Shown: positions 8,289 through 16,634 of the stretch, piece after piece
Numbering within the stretch: the stretch's first letter is position 1
Layout: each line of letters begins with the position of its first letter
Virus record (IMG/VR): IMGVR_UViG_3300033076_001357
Location: 1 to 64,000 of that record
Origin: a virus
Taxonomy: Duplodnaviria; Caudoviricetes
Length of the DNA: 64,000 nt
Strand: one strand, 5' to 3'
Made by a program: the position numbers and the translations under genes
The notes under the pieces: model-generated
What the model was told of the DNA's origin: nothing
Seen by the model: the letters and a program-made list of their open reading frames with translations, nothing else
The model's database searches: none

Positions 8289-8361
8289 AGTTTCCCTCTT
8301 CTCTTCTCTCTCCTGGCTACGCCGACGGCCCCGGGGTTCTCCCCCGGGGCCGTCGTCCTTC

Positions 8362-9291
8362 TCAGTTCCGGCCGCTGGATCCGAAGCCGTTGCTACCGCG
8401 CGGCTTGGGCCGCACCCGGCCCCACGCCGCCTTCCCCGCCCCCACGGCGGGCAGCAGCACCAGCTGCACCAGCCGGTCGCCCTCCTTCACCATGACGCCC
8501 GTCTTGGTGGGGTTGTGGACGCTGGCGAACAGCTCGCCGCTGTATCCTTCGTCGATCACTCCCGGCGTCACGTCCAGCCCGAGCTTGAACTTGGTGGAGC
8601 TGCGGCCGGTCACCAGCCCCCAGTACCCGTCGGGGATGTCCACCGCCACCCCGCAGTTGACGTAGGTGGTCTTGCCGGGGGGCAGCCACGTGTCCTTCGA
8701 CGTGAACAGGTCGAAGCCCGCGTCGGTCTCGTAGGCCCTCTCGGGCAGCCGGGCGTTCTCCGCCTTCTTCTCGAACACGATAGCGCCCCCGCGCGCGGGC
8801 TCGACCGCTTCCTTCAGCGCCCTGGCGAACGCGGTTCCCCGGTCGGCCGCCGTCGAGCCCCTGCGGGGCGCGGGCTCGGCCAGCTCCCGCACCGTGTCGC
8901 GCAGCCACTGCGCTCCCGACCGCACCCCGGGGCCGTCCAGCGGCACCTCGCGGAAGTTGTCGTTCATCTTCCAGTTGTCGATCAGCATGCTGACTTCCAG
9001 GTCGGTGGCCAGCGCCACCGGCTTACCGTTGTCCACGGCCCACTGGATCTCGATCGGCACGCCGATGCTGGGCACGCCATGCTTCAGCACCGCCATCACT
9101 CCGTCGGCCTCCCGCAGCGCCAGCCGGTTGATGGCCTGGCCGATACCGGCCGGGTCGCCGCCGCTGTCGAACGCCAGGGCGGGCCGGAACACCGTGGCTC
9201 CCGCCTCGACCAGCGTGGCGCTGGCCAGCTCGGCCATCCGCTTGGACCTCTCGTCGGCCTGGTCTATCGGCTGCGCCAGGTAGATCAACAT
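8362..9291 (-). CDS. dut: Fusion: NDT/DNPH1(Rcl)-like N-glycosidase plus trimeric dUTPase
   Basis: N-term IYLAQP...ADGV...SIGVPIEIQWA...SMLI; C-term AGFDL, GRSS, GVIDEGYSGE, GDRLVQL, RGSNGFGSSG; start at MLIYL with AAGGA RBS. Confidence 0.85.
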   Translation of the reverse strand: MLIYLAQPIDQADERSKRMAELASATLVEAGATVFRPALAFDSGGDPAGIGQAINRLALREADGVMAVLKHGVPSIGVPIEIQWAVDNGKPVALATDLEVSMLIDNWKMNDNFREVPLDGPGVRSGAQWLRDTVRELAEPAPRRGSTAADRGTAFARALKEAVEPARGGAIVFEKKAENARLPERAYETDAGFDLFTSKDTWLPPGKTTYVNCGVAVDIPDGYWGLVTGRSSTKFKLGLDVTPGVIDEGYSGELFASVHNPTKTGVMVKEGDRLVQLVLLPAVGAGKAAWGRVRPKPRGSNGFGSSGRN

Positions 9292-9368
9292 CGGTAACCG
9301 TCCTTTCGGCTCCCGCCTTCGGCGGGGGTGAGGGGGGCTCCCGCCTTCGGCGGCGGGAGCCGGGGGGG

Positions 9369-9809
9369 TCAGCGGGTCCGGGCGCCGACCGCGCCGACCA
9401 CGGCGGCCACCGCTTCGAAGGTGTGGTGCCACGCCTGGTCCAGGCAGTACGCGCCGTTCATCCCGTGGTCGGCGAGCCGGACGAACACGCCCTTGCCGGT
9501 CAGGTCGGCCAGCCTCTTCAGCGGCGTCCGCCGGTCGGCCACGTAGTGGGTCACCGCCGACAGCGCCAGCGCGGCGGTCAGCGCCCTACCGTTCAGCCGG
9601 ATCCCGCTGGCCCGGCTGGCGGCCATCAGCGCCACCGCCTGGGTGGCGGTGTAGCTGGCGACGTGGGCTGCGCACGCCTTCCGGCCGTCGCCGCCGTTGG
9701 TGCCCTTCACCCGGGCCTGCCGGTCGGTCTGGATCCAGTGGTCGGCCAGGTCGGCGGCCGTCCTGAGCGCCGCGTAGTTCAGCGCCGTCACTCCGGGTTC
9801 CACGGTCAT
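9369..9809 (-). CDS. DUF3307-like His-rich membrane protein
   Basis: ADHWIQTD.QA..KG; HVASYT; SAVTHYVADRR; DQAWHH. Confidence 0.7.
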   Translation of the reverse strand: MTVEPGVTALNYAALRTAADLADHWIQTDRQARVKGTNGGDGRKACAAHVASYTATQAVALMAASRASGIRLNGRALTAALALSAVTHYVADRRTPLKRLADLTGKGVFVRLADHGMNGAYCLDQAWHHTFEAVAAVVGAVGARTR

Positions 9810-9869
9810 CGTATCTCGTCCTTCGGGGGTCGGGGGCTGCCGCCGGGGCTTTCCCCCGCGACAACCCCC

Positions 9870-9899
9870 ATTGTACCACGGAAGTTCCCTACTGGGAAA
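9870..9899 (-). promoter_or_regulatory. Promoter P12 (TTTCCC-18-TACAAT) upstream of DUF3307-dut fusion-purB
   Basis: Consensus match. Confidence 0.65.
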
Positions 9900-10280
9900 C
9901 TAGCCCTCGTCGTCCGGCCAGCCGCCCGCCGCCCGGATCCGACGGCTCATCATCCCGTACGCGACCAGATCGGTCAGCGTGTCCTCCTTCGGCCGCTCCC
10001 CGCGCATCACCGCGTCGGTCCACCTCTCCATCTTCTGGACCGCGTTGATCCAGCAGCCCAGTTCCTGGGCCTCCTCGCTGCTGATCTCTTCCCGGCCGCT
10101 GAGCCGGGCGATCTTGCGGCCCAGCTGCTCCAGCGAGTTCGACCCGTAGGTGACCGCCTTCACGGCCACCATCCCGATGTCGTCGGTGGCCGTGCTCAGC
10201 CACCACTCGCGCAGCCCCTCGGCCCTCGCCGCGCGCGCGGCGAGGGCCTCACCGCTCAGCACCCATCTTTCGTGAGACAT
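9900..10280 (-). CDS. All-alpha NTP pyrophosphatase-like protein (MazG/MazZ/DUF1599-like)
   Basis: KAVTYG...QKMERW...EDTLTDLVAYGMM pattern; adjacent to purZ. Confidence 0.65.
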   Translation of the reverse strand: MSHERWVLSGEALAARAARAEGLREWWLSTATDDIGMVAVKAVTYGSNSLEQLGRKIARLSGREEISSEEAQELGCWINAVQKMERWTDAVMRGERPKEDTLTDLVAYGMMSRRIRAAGGWPDDEG

Positions 10281-10304
10281 CGTGTGACGCGTCCTCTCTC
10301 TGAT

Positions 10305-11432
10305 CTAGATGAACACTCCGGTCACCGGGCTGGTGCCGACGAACCGCACCCGGGCCCCGGTCTCGGTCTCCCGCTCGTCCAGCCACTCGGTGGCCCCTTC
10401 GCTCAGCTCCCGCAGCCCCCTGGCCCCCATGACCTCGGGGAACTGCTGGTCCAGCATGGTCACCGCCAGGTTGACCCTGCTGCCCCCGTTCGCCTGCACC
10501 GCCCGCCTCACCAGCTCGGAGTCCCAGGCGCCGACCCGCCGGACCTTCTGGGTAACTGTGGTGCGTTCCTCCTTCAGCCCCAGCTCCCCCCAGCTGGTCT
10601 CCCCCTTCATCGGCCCGCTGTTGCCCGCCACCCGGATCGGTCGGGTCCGGCACGCCAGCCACACCTCGAACTCTCCCACCGAGGGGTGCCAGGGGCTCAG
10701 TCCTGCCTGGGCCAGGAAGTCGATGGCACGGCAGTCGCCCGACGTGCTGTACGGGTACTCCCCAGCGTGCAGCCCCAGACCGAACCCCTGGGTGCCCTCG
10801 ATCAGCACCGTGGCTCCGTCCTCCAGCGCCCCGTACATCAGTCCGGCCGTGTCCGCCTCCCCCCGGACCACCTGGCCCCACAGCTTGGCCGTCCTCATCA
10901 CCCGGTCGGCCCGGGCCGCTCCGATCCCCTTGGCGGTGGACCCGAGACGGGCGGTCATCCCCAGCTCCCGCTCCTGGAGGACGTGCTTGTGGTCCAGCCA
11001 GGTGGCCTGACTGTCGACCGTCAGCCGCTCGGCGACCCGGTACCCGGCGCTGGACAGCGCCGCCAGCTCCTCGTTCAGCGTGTTGATGCTGACCTCGCTC
11101 CCGGCGGCGATCACCAGCCGGGCCGTCTCGTTGGCCACCGCCGCCACCGGCACCTGGCGAAGCTTCCACGGGTGGCCGATGAATTCGCCGTTGAAGTAGT
11201 GGTCGTCGACCGGCTCGCTTCCCCACAGTCCCTCGGCGGGGACGTGGCCGATCGCGGCCCCACACCACTTCGGGCACCGGCCGTGGACGATGTGGCCAGC
11301 GTTCGGGCCACCGACCCTCACTCCCACCGTCGCGCCGCTGACGCGGTCGGGGTTCAGCAGCTGGGCGCTGACGTGGCCCTTACCGCAGCTTCCGTACATC
11401 GCGTCGCTGACGACGATCAGCCTACCGGACAT
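10305..11432 (-). CDS. purZ: PurZ0-type N6-succino-2-amino-2'-deoxyadenylate synthase (PurA paralog)
   Basis: DAMYGSCGKG (Ser at the PurA catalytic Asp position), GPNAGH, GSTAKGIG, EGTQG, YPYSTS, RVAGNSGP, ERTTVTQKVRRVG, TMLD. Confidence 0.9.
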   Translation of the reverse strand: MSGRLIVVSDAMYGSCGKGHVSAQLLNPDRVSGATVGVRVGGPNAGHIVHGRCPKWCGAAIGHVPAEGLWGSEPVDDHYFNGEFIGHPWKLRQVPVAAVANETARLVIAAGSEVSINTLNEELAALSSAGYRVAERLTVDSQATWLDHKHVLQERELGMTARLGSTAKGIGAARADRVMRTAKLWGQVVRGEADTAGLMYGALEDGATVLIEGTQGFGLGLHAGEYPYSTSGDCRAIDFLAQAGLSPWHPSVGEFEVWLACRTRPIRVAGNSGPMKGETSWGELGLKEERTTVTQKVRRVGAWDSELVRRAVQANGGSRVNLAVTMLDQQFPEVMGARGLRELSEGATEWLDERETETGARVRFVGTSPVTGVFI

Positions 11433-11494
11433 TTTTCCTCTTTCCCGTTCTGTGGACGGCCCCCGGGTCCCGCCCGGGACCCGGGGGCGGGGGT

Positions 11495-11683
11495 TCAGCG
11501 GCCCTCGATCAGGGCCAGCGCCTCGGCGTCGTCGGCCGGGACCTGCAGGCCCCGGGGGGTCGGCTTGGTCGTCGGCCGGGGCCGGGGGGTCCCGGTGCGG
11601 GGCCGGGTCAGTGGCGGGTCGGTCTCGGTCCTCATCTCGGGTCCGGGGTCGGGTCCCGGCTTCCTTCCACCGAACAGCGTCAT
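11495..11683 (-). CDS. Small Pro/Thr-rich hypothetical protein
   Basis: GAGG RBS; first gene after promoter P13. Confidence 0.5.
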   Translation of the reverse strand: MTLFGGRKPGPDPGPEMRTETDPPLTRPRTGTPRPRPTTKPTPRGLQVPADDAEALALIEGR

Positions 11684-11713
11684 CGCGGCGGATCCTCTCT
11701 CCGTTGTTACTCC

Positions 11714-11743
11714 ATTATACCACCGGGCTTTCCCCCGGCGCAA
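11714..11743 (-). promoter_or_regulatory. Promoter P13 (TTGCGC-18-TATAAT) upstream of purZ
   Basis: Perfect -10 with TG extension. Confidence 0.8.
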
Positions 11744-12026
11744 GTGGCGCCCAGACCAGCTCGGTCGACCCCCCGTGGCCGTGGATGGCCACCACGTGGT
11801 CCACGGTCTCGAACATCACGGTGGTAGGAGTGTCGCTGAGCCACCTCATCACCACTGTACCGTCCGTGAACTCCACGCCCTCCGCCACCCGCCCGGTCCC
11901 GCTGACCCGGCTGACGTCGACCTTGCGGTCCAGGTAGAACAGCCGGGGCCTGGACCCCTCCGACCGCCCCACCGCCTGGTTCATCCGGTTCGCGTCGTCT
12001 TCCGACAGGATCTCGCTCATCCTCAC
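11715..12026 (-). CDS. Conserved actinophage hypothetical protein
   Basis: DVSRVSGTGRVAEGVEFTDG...W...IHGHGGST pattern. Confidence 0.75.
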   Translation of the reverse strand: MRMSEILSEDDANRMNQAVGRSEGSRPRLFYLDRKVDVSRVSGTGRVAEGVEFTDGTVVMRWLSDTPTTVMFETVDHVVAIHGHGGSTELVWAPLAPGESPVV

Positions 12027-12093
12027 CGCTTTCTGTTCCTCTCACACGCCCGGGCCCCCTCCGCCGTGACTGGCGGAGGGGGCCCGGTAGGGG

Positions 12094-12339
12094 TCAGTGG
12101 ATGCGTCCGGTGCGCTTCCACCGGTCCAGCGCTTCCACCGCGCGGTCCAGGTCCTCGATCATCAGATCGCAGTCCGGGTCGCTCCGGCAGCCGGGGTAGG
12201 TCTGCAGGGCCCGCTTGGCGGTGACCGCCCGGCCGATCACCGTCCGGACCTCGGCCAGCGCCCGGCTGGTCTGCCTTCCCCGGGGGTGGTCGGAGTCGAC
12301 CGGCTCCGGCTCCTCGTTATCGGCGTTGATCGTTACCAC
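12094..12339 (-). CDS. Hypothetical protein
   Basis: AAGGAAGGAG RBS, GTG start. Confidence 0.55.
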   Translation of the reverse strand: MVTINADNEEPEPVDSDHPRGRQTSRALAEVRTVIGRAVTAKRALQTYPGCRSDPDCDLMIEDLDRAVEALDRWKRTGRIH

Positions 12340-12353
12340 TCCTTCCTTCTCGT

Positions 12354-12830
12354 TCAGTACCCCCGGCCCTTCAGGGCCAGTCGCCTGAGATGGTACAGAC
12401 CCAGACACTCCGAGTCCTTGCAGTGCGAGCCGTGGCCGTACGACTTCCACGACCTCAGCGGCTTGACGGGAGGCTTGAACTCGGCCAGCCGGTACAGCGC
12501 TTTGTGGTGGCTGGCCTGGTAGCCGATGAACGGCACCCCGGCCCGTCGGCACAGGTGACGCATCACCCCGATCAGCTCGCACACCTCGAAGGTCGACCCC
12601 ATCTGGTTCCGGTTCACCTCGGCGCCCGGGTACAGCATGAACACCTCGTAGACTACGAAGTCTATCTGTCGCAGGGTCATGGCCTCAACCAGGTAGTCGA
12701 CAAACTGGGCCGGGGCCATCTCCTGGCTGCGGGTAGGTTCCGCTCCGCGCCACCAGGTCAGCCCCACGTGGACCGCTCCCGGGTCCACGCTCAGCCAGTC
12801 CCCCGCTGGAGGGTAGCTGTCATCCGTCAT
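12354..12830 (-). CDS. RuvC-like Holliday junction resolvase
   Basis: LSVDPG..HVG; VVYE; ELIGVM; HCKDS (RNase H fold acidic residues). Confidence 0.75.
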   Translation of the reverse strand: MTDDSYPPAGDWLSVDPGAVHVGLTWWRGAEPTRSQEMAPAQFVDYLVEAMTLRQIDFVVYEVFMLYPGAEVNRNQMGSTFEVCELIGVMRHLCRRAGVPFIGYQASHHKALYRLAEFKPPVKPLRSWKSYGHGSHCKDSECLGLYHLRRLALKGRGY

Positions 12831-12865
12831 GGGTCCAGTCTACCGGACCCTTGACAGACAGTCAA

Positions 12866-13336
12866 CTACTCGTGTATGCCGCGTTCGGCCAGCTTGGCCC
12901 TCAGCCGCTCGACCTCCATCAGCAGCTCGTGGACCGCCCCCCGGGCGCTGGCCAGCATCAGCTGGTTGACGCGGCTGAGGGCCGAGATGTCGTACTCGAC
13001 GCGACCGGTAGGCCCGCCGGTAACCTGCAGACAGCCCTCCCGCAGGAGCCAGGGGCCGGGGTCCGCCTCCCGGTCGATCCTGTGGTACAGGGCCAGCAGG
13101 GCGTCGGAGAGCCTCGGGTACTGGTCCGGGGTGAGCCGCACCCCGCAGGCCTCGAAGGCGTCCAGCACCGCCCGGTTGCTGCGGAAGTACCGCGCCAGCT
13201 CGTACTCGGTGTCGGCGTCCCAGCCCGCCCGGAAGGCCCGGACCATCTCGGTGGCGGCCTCGGTGACCGCCCCACTGTCCACTCCGGCGTCCAGCAACAC
13301 GCCGACTACGCGCTTGAAAACGTCCTTCGTCTCCAT
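12866..13336 (-). CDS. Hypothetical protein
   Basis: GAGGGG RBS; contiguous with neighbours. Confidence 0.7.
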   Translation of the reverse strand: METKDVFKRVVGVLLDAGVDSGAVTEAATEMVRAFRAGWDADTEYELARYFRSNRAVLDAFEACGVRLTPDQYPRLSDALLALYHRIDREADPGPWLLREGCLQVTGGPTGRVEYDISALSRVNQLMLASARGAVHELLMEVERLRAKLAERGIHE

Positions 13337-13341
13337 CCCCT

Positions 13342-13596
13342 CTACTCCTTCTCCTCGAACCAGATGTGGTCCATCAGCCGGAACGGGCGGGTCTGCCTCA
13401 CCCGGTTGGTGGCCAGCAGCAGGTCCAGCACCCCAGCCACGTGGCGGTCGGCCTGGACCAACACGATGGCGTCGAACAGGGCCCGGGTGCGGTAGTGCTC
13501 GGCCCGTTCCTGAACGGTGAACTCCGGGTCCAGCCCGACCGCCCCGTCCATCACCCGGCAGAAGTCCGCCGGGTACACCCTCCTACGGTTTTCCAT
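13342..13596 (-). CDS. Hypothetical protein (start MENRRR)
   Basis: GGAG RBS downstream of promoter P14. Confidence 0.65.
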   Translation of the reverse strand: MENRRRVYPADFCRVMDGAVGLDPEFTVQERAEHYRTRALFDAIVLVQADRHVAGVLDLLLATNRVRQTRPFRLMDHIWFEEKE

Positions 13597-13630
13597 CTGA
13601 CGTCTCCGTTCTAGGTAGCCACTACCCCCC

Positions 13631-13660
13631 AGGGTACCCCAGGGGTTTCCCCCTAGACAA
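13631..13660 (-). promoter_or_regulatory. Promoter P14 (TTGTCT-18-TACCCT)
   Basis: Spacer AGGGGGAAACCCCTGGGG. Confidence 0.65.
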
Positions 13661-13733
13661 GTGGCACCGGCGGTTCCTCCTCCTCCGCCGCCGTTGACCA
13701 CGTAATGATCCGGCCAGCCCGCTATCTCGTCGT

Positions 13734-16034
13734 TCACTTGTCGGCGGACCAGCGCTCGGGCTCGATGCCGAAGTGCATGGTCCTTCCGCGCACTCCGAAG
13801 TACCGCTCGAACACCTCGTTGCCGATCGCGGACACCCGCTGGGCCTGGGCCCAGCCTTCCGGCGTGTCAGGGTGACGGGTCACCAGCGAGTCGTGGATCT
13901 GCAGCAGCAGGCATCCCGGCAGCTCCCGCTCGACCCGAGTCATCCAGGGGATCATCGCCCTGGCGAGGTTGCCCTGGATGACCTGGTTGACGGCACTGTT
14001 CGTCTTCTCGTTGACCGCGTACCACCGCCGCCAGCCGTCCAGCATCGTCAGGTAGCCGGGACCCCCCTGCCACCTGGTCACCTTCCACTCCGCCTGCTCC
14101 GCCATCACCTTGAATTCGGGGTAGGTGTCGAAGAAGTTGGCGATGGCCTCCCTGATCTCGTTCATCGACATCTTCTGGCCAGAGGCCGCCTCCACCTGCT
14201 CCTTGATGGCCATCACGCCGCCGCCGTACAGGATGCCGAAGGTGGCCCGCTTGGCCGCGTTCCTGAAGTCCTTGAAGAGCGGATGGCTCTCGTCGATCTT
14301 GAAGAACGCCTTCGTGTTCATCCCGTGCAGGTCGAGCCCGGCGTCCAGCGCGTCCCACAGCGACGTGACCCCCGCGATCACCGTCACCACCCGCAGCTCA
14401 CCGGTGGCCAGGTCGTGCTCCGCGTGGAAGTACCCCGGCTCGTTACCGATGAACGCTCGGACCGGCGTGGCCCCATCCGGGATCAGCCGACCGTGAGGTA
14501 TCGCCTGGCACTGCCAGCGACCCACCGCCAGCCGCCCCGACTTCGTGCCACCGGCGGCGTCCGAGGGACGGTCGAAGTCACCCTTGCACTGTTTGTACCG
14601 GGTCCTGATGCGACCGTCCCTACCGGTCCTCATCGCCCAGCCGGTGTACCACTTCGAGTCCGAGTTGCGGTTCTTGGTCCACCGCATCAGCTCGCTGGCC
14701 CACGGCACGCCGTCTTCCACCAGCCGCCTCAGTTCAACGATGTCGAGCCTGGGTTCCCTGGTCTTCTCGGTGCGGTCCAGCGGCTCCAGCCCCAGCCCGT
14801 TTTTACCCCCGCACTCCTCGCAGTCCCTGTCGCAGAAGAACACGCTCCAGTCACCGGCCGCCAGACTCCGGGCCCGGCTGCAGCCGGGCCCGAAGAAGAA
14901 CCTCTTGGCCTGGGCCAGCTTGGACGGATCGAACGGCATCTTCGCCGCCAGCTCGCGGTTGCGCTCCCGCAGCTTCCGCCCCTCGGCCAGCGAGGGCTCG
15001 ACGTCGTACCGCACCCCCCGGCGTTCCATCCGGTACAGGGTGGTACGCAGTTCCATCTCGTCGTCGTACAGCCTCCAGAAGTTCGGCAGCACCGCCCCCT
15101 CCTCCGCCAGCGCGTCCTGGTACTCGGCCAGCCGGAGGGTCAGGTTGGTGTCCTTGGCCGCGTACCGCTTCATCGCCGCCACGGGGTGCCACATCAGCAG
15201 GTCGTACCGCTTGGTCATCCGCACGCCGACCTTGGCCAGCTCCTTGGCCAGCTCCTGGGCCTCCGACCCCTCGTCCTCGCCCCACAGGCGCTTGGCCGTC
15301 TTCTTCAGCGCGGCCGGTTCCAGCGGGTCGATCAGCTGCTTCTGGACCACCAGGGTGCACCGGATCCGCCTCCGTACGTTACCGGGGACGGCCAGCGGCT
15401 CGCCGCTGGGCTCCATCATGTGGAGCCGCTGCGGCTCGCCCAGCCGCCAGGTGCCCGGCTCGCTGTCCGGGTCCCACGCCGCGAATCCCTCGGGCACGCC
15501 CGGGTCGCCACCGGCGCCCGCCCGGAGACCCGCCGCGAACATGGGCATGTCGTGGATGCTGTTGTGCATCACCAGGTTGTCCCGCCGGTCCAGCCAGCCG
15601 ATCAGCGCGGCGTAGTCGCTGGAGGGCAGGTTGACGACGTCCGCCGGGGTGAACGTGGTCCCCAGCAGCTTGGACATCGCCGCCAGGATGCGGGCCTGCT
15701 CCGTCTCGTCGATGACCGCGAAGGTGGCATGTCCGGTCTCGGGGTCGATGTCGGGCCGACCCGGCTTGCCGATCACCGGCCCCTGGTCGAACTGCCAGGC
15801 GTGGTCGGTAATCTCGCCCTCCACCCACCCCCCCTCATCGTCCGGAACCGGCTCGCGGTAGCTGACCGACACCACCGAGATCCTGGCCTCGGGCTGGGGA
15901 GGGTTGTTACCGCTCTTGAACGGCTCCCCGTCCCGGTACAGTCCGGACCCCTCGGTGTCCACGCTGACGAACCACCCGGGGGGCAGCTCCGGCAGCTCCA
16001 CGTCACCCACAACGGTAACGGGCAGCGTGCTCAT
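13734..16034 (-). CDS. polA: Family A DNA polymerase with 3'-5' exonuclease
   Basis: Exo VDTEG, HNSIHD, YAAKD; pol motif A HDLATGELR, motif B RNAAKRATFGILYGGG, motif C QIHDS. Confidence 0.92.
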   Translation of the reverse strand: MSTLPVTVVGDVELPELPPGWFVSVDTEGSGLYRDGEPFKSGNNPPQPEARISVVSVSYREPVPDDEGGWVEGEITDHAWQFDQGPVIGKPGRPDIDPETGHATFAVIDETEQARILAAMSKLLGTTFTPADVVNLPSSDYAALIGWLDRRDNLVMHNSIHDMPMFAAGLRAGAGGDPGVPEGFAAWDPDSEPGTWRLGEPQRLHMMEPSGEPLAVPGNVRRRIRCTLVVQKQLIDPLEPAALKKTAKRLWGEDEGSEAQELAKELAKVGVRMTKRYDLLMWHPVAAMKRYAAKDTNLTLRLAEYQDALAEEGAVLPNFWRLYDDEMELRTTLYRMERRGVRYDVEPSLAEGRKLRERNRELAAKMPFDPSKLAQAKRFFFGPGCSRARSLAAGDWSVFFCDRDCEECGGKNGLGLEPLDRTEKTREPRLDIVELRRLVEDGVPWASELMRWTKNRNSDSKWYTGWAMRTGRDGRIRTRYKQCKGDFDRPSDAAGGTKSGRLAVGRWQCQAIPHGRLIPDGATPVRAFIGNEPGYFHAEHDLATGELRVVTVIAGVTSLWDALDAGLDLHGMNTKAFFKIDESHPLFKDFRNAAKRATFGILYGGGVMAIKEQVEAASGQKMSMNEIREAIANFFDTYPEFKVMAEQAEWKVTRWQGGPGYLTMLDGWRRWYAVNEKTNSAVNQVIQGNLARAMIPWMTRVERELPGCLLLQIHDSLVTRHPDTPEGWAQAQRVSAIGNEVFERYFGVRGRTMHFGIEPERWSADK

Positions 16035-16106
16035 CTGTCGTTTCCTTTCTCTCGCACGGCGGGGCGCCCCCGGCCTCGGGCCGGGGGCGCCCCCGTTCTC
16101 TTCCCG

Positions 16107-16634
16107 CTACGACGGGTCGTTCAGCCGACCGGCGAGGACGAACTCCCAGGCCAGCGGGGCGGAGCCGAACACCAGCCCCATCAGCTTGGTCGCCTTGTCC
16201 TGGTGCTCCGCCCGGAGCGACTGCGACGGGGCCCTACCCGAGCTGGTGAGCAGCACCGTGTACTTCCGGTCGCTGACGCTGATCAGGTCCTGGACGGTCG
16301 CGCGGTGCCTCAGCTCGTCGTGCGGGTCCACCAACGACACCGGGAACTCGCGCACCCAGGACCGGACCTTCACCTCCAGCTGTTCGCCGGTGGCGTCGAC
16401 CGTCACCTTGGTGGTGAACCTGACCCAGTCCAGTACGTCCGGTCCGCTGTACGGACGGACCTCCTCGATCTCGATCTCGACCTGGTTGGCCTGGTGGTAC
16501 TGGTTGCGCCAGGTTTCGGCGTCCTCACCTGCCGTGGGGCCGGTGAACACGGCCAGCAGCAGCGGATCCTCTCCGTCGTACCGGTTCGTGTTCCACACCA
16601 GGAACACCGACTCCGGCTTCTCCACCGACGTCAC
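16107..16634 (-). CDS. Hypothetical protein
   Basis: GTG start overlapping upstream TGA; GGAGG RBS. Confidence 0.65.
   Translation of the reverse strand: MTSVEKPESVFLVWNTNRYDGEDPLLLAVFTGPTAGEDAETWRNQYHQANQVEIEIEEVRPYSGPDVLDWVRFTTKVTVDATGEQLEVKVRSWVREFPVSLVDPHDELRHRATVQDLISVSDRKYTVLLTSSGRAPSQSLRAEHQDKATKLMGLVFGSAPLAWEFVLAGRLNDPS

Noticed and set aside
10305-11432. Ordinary purA auxiliary metabolic gene (with purB) for AMP synthesis
   Set aside because: The catalytic Asp is replaced by Ser and the neighbours are dNTP-remodelling enzymes, which fits PurZ0 better; enzymology is still needed
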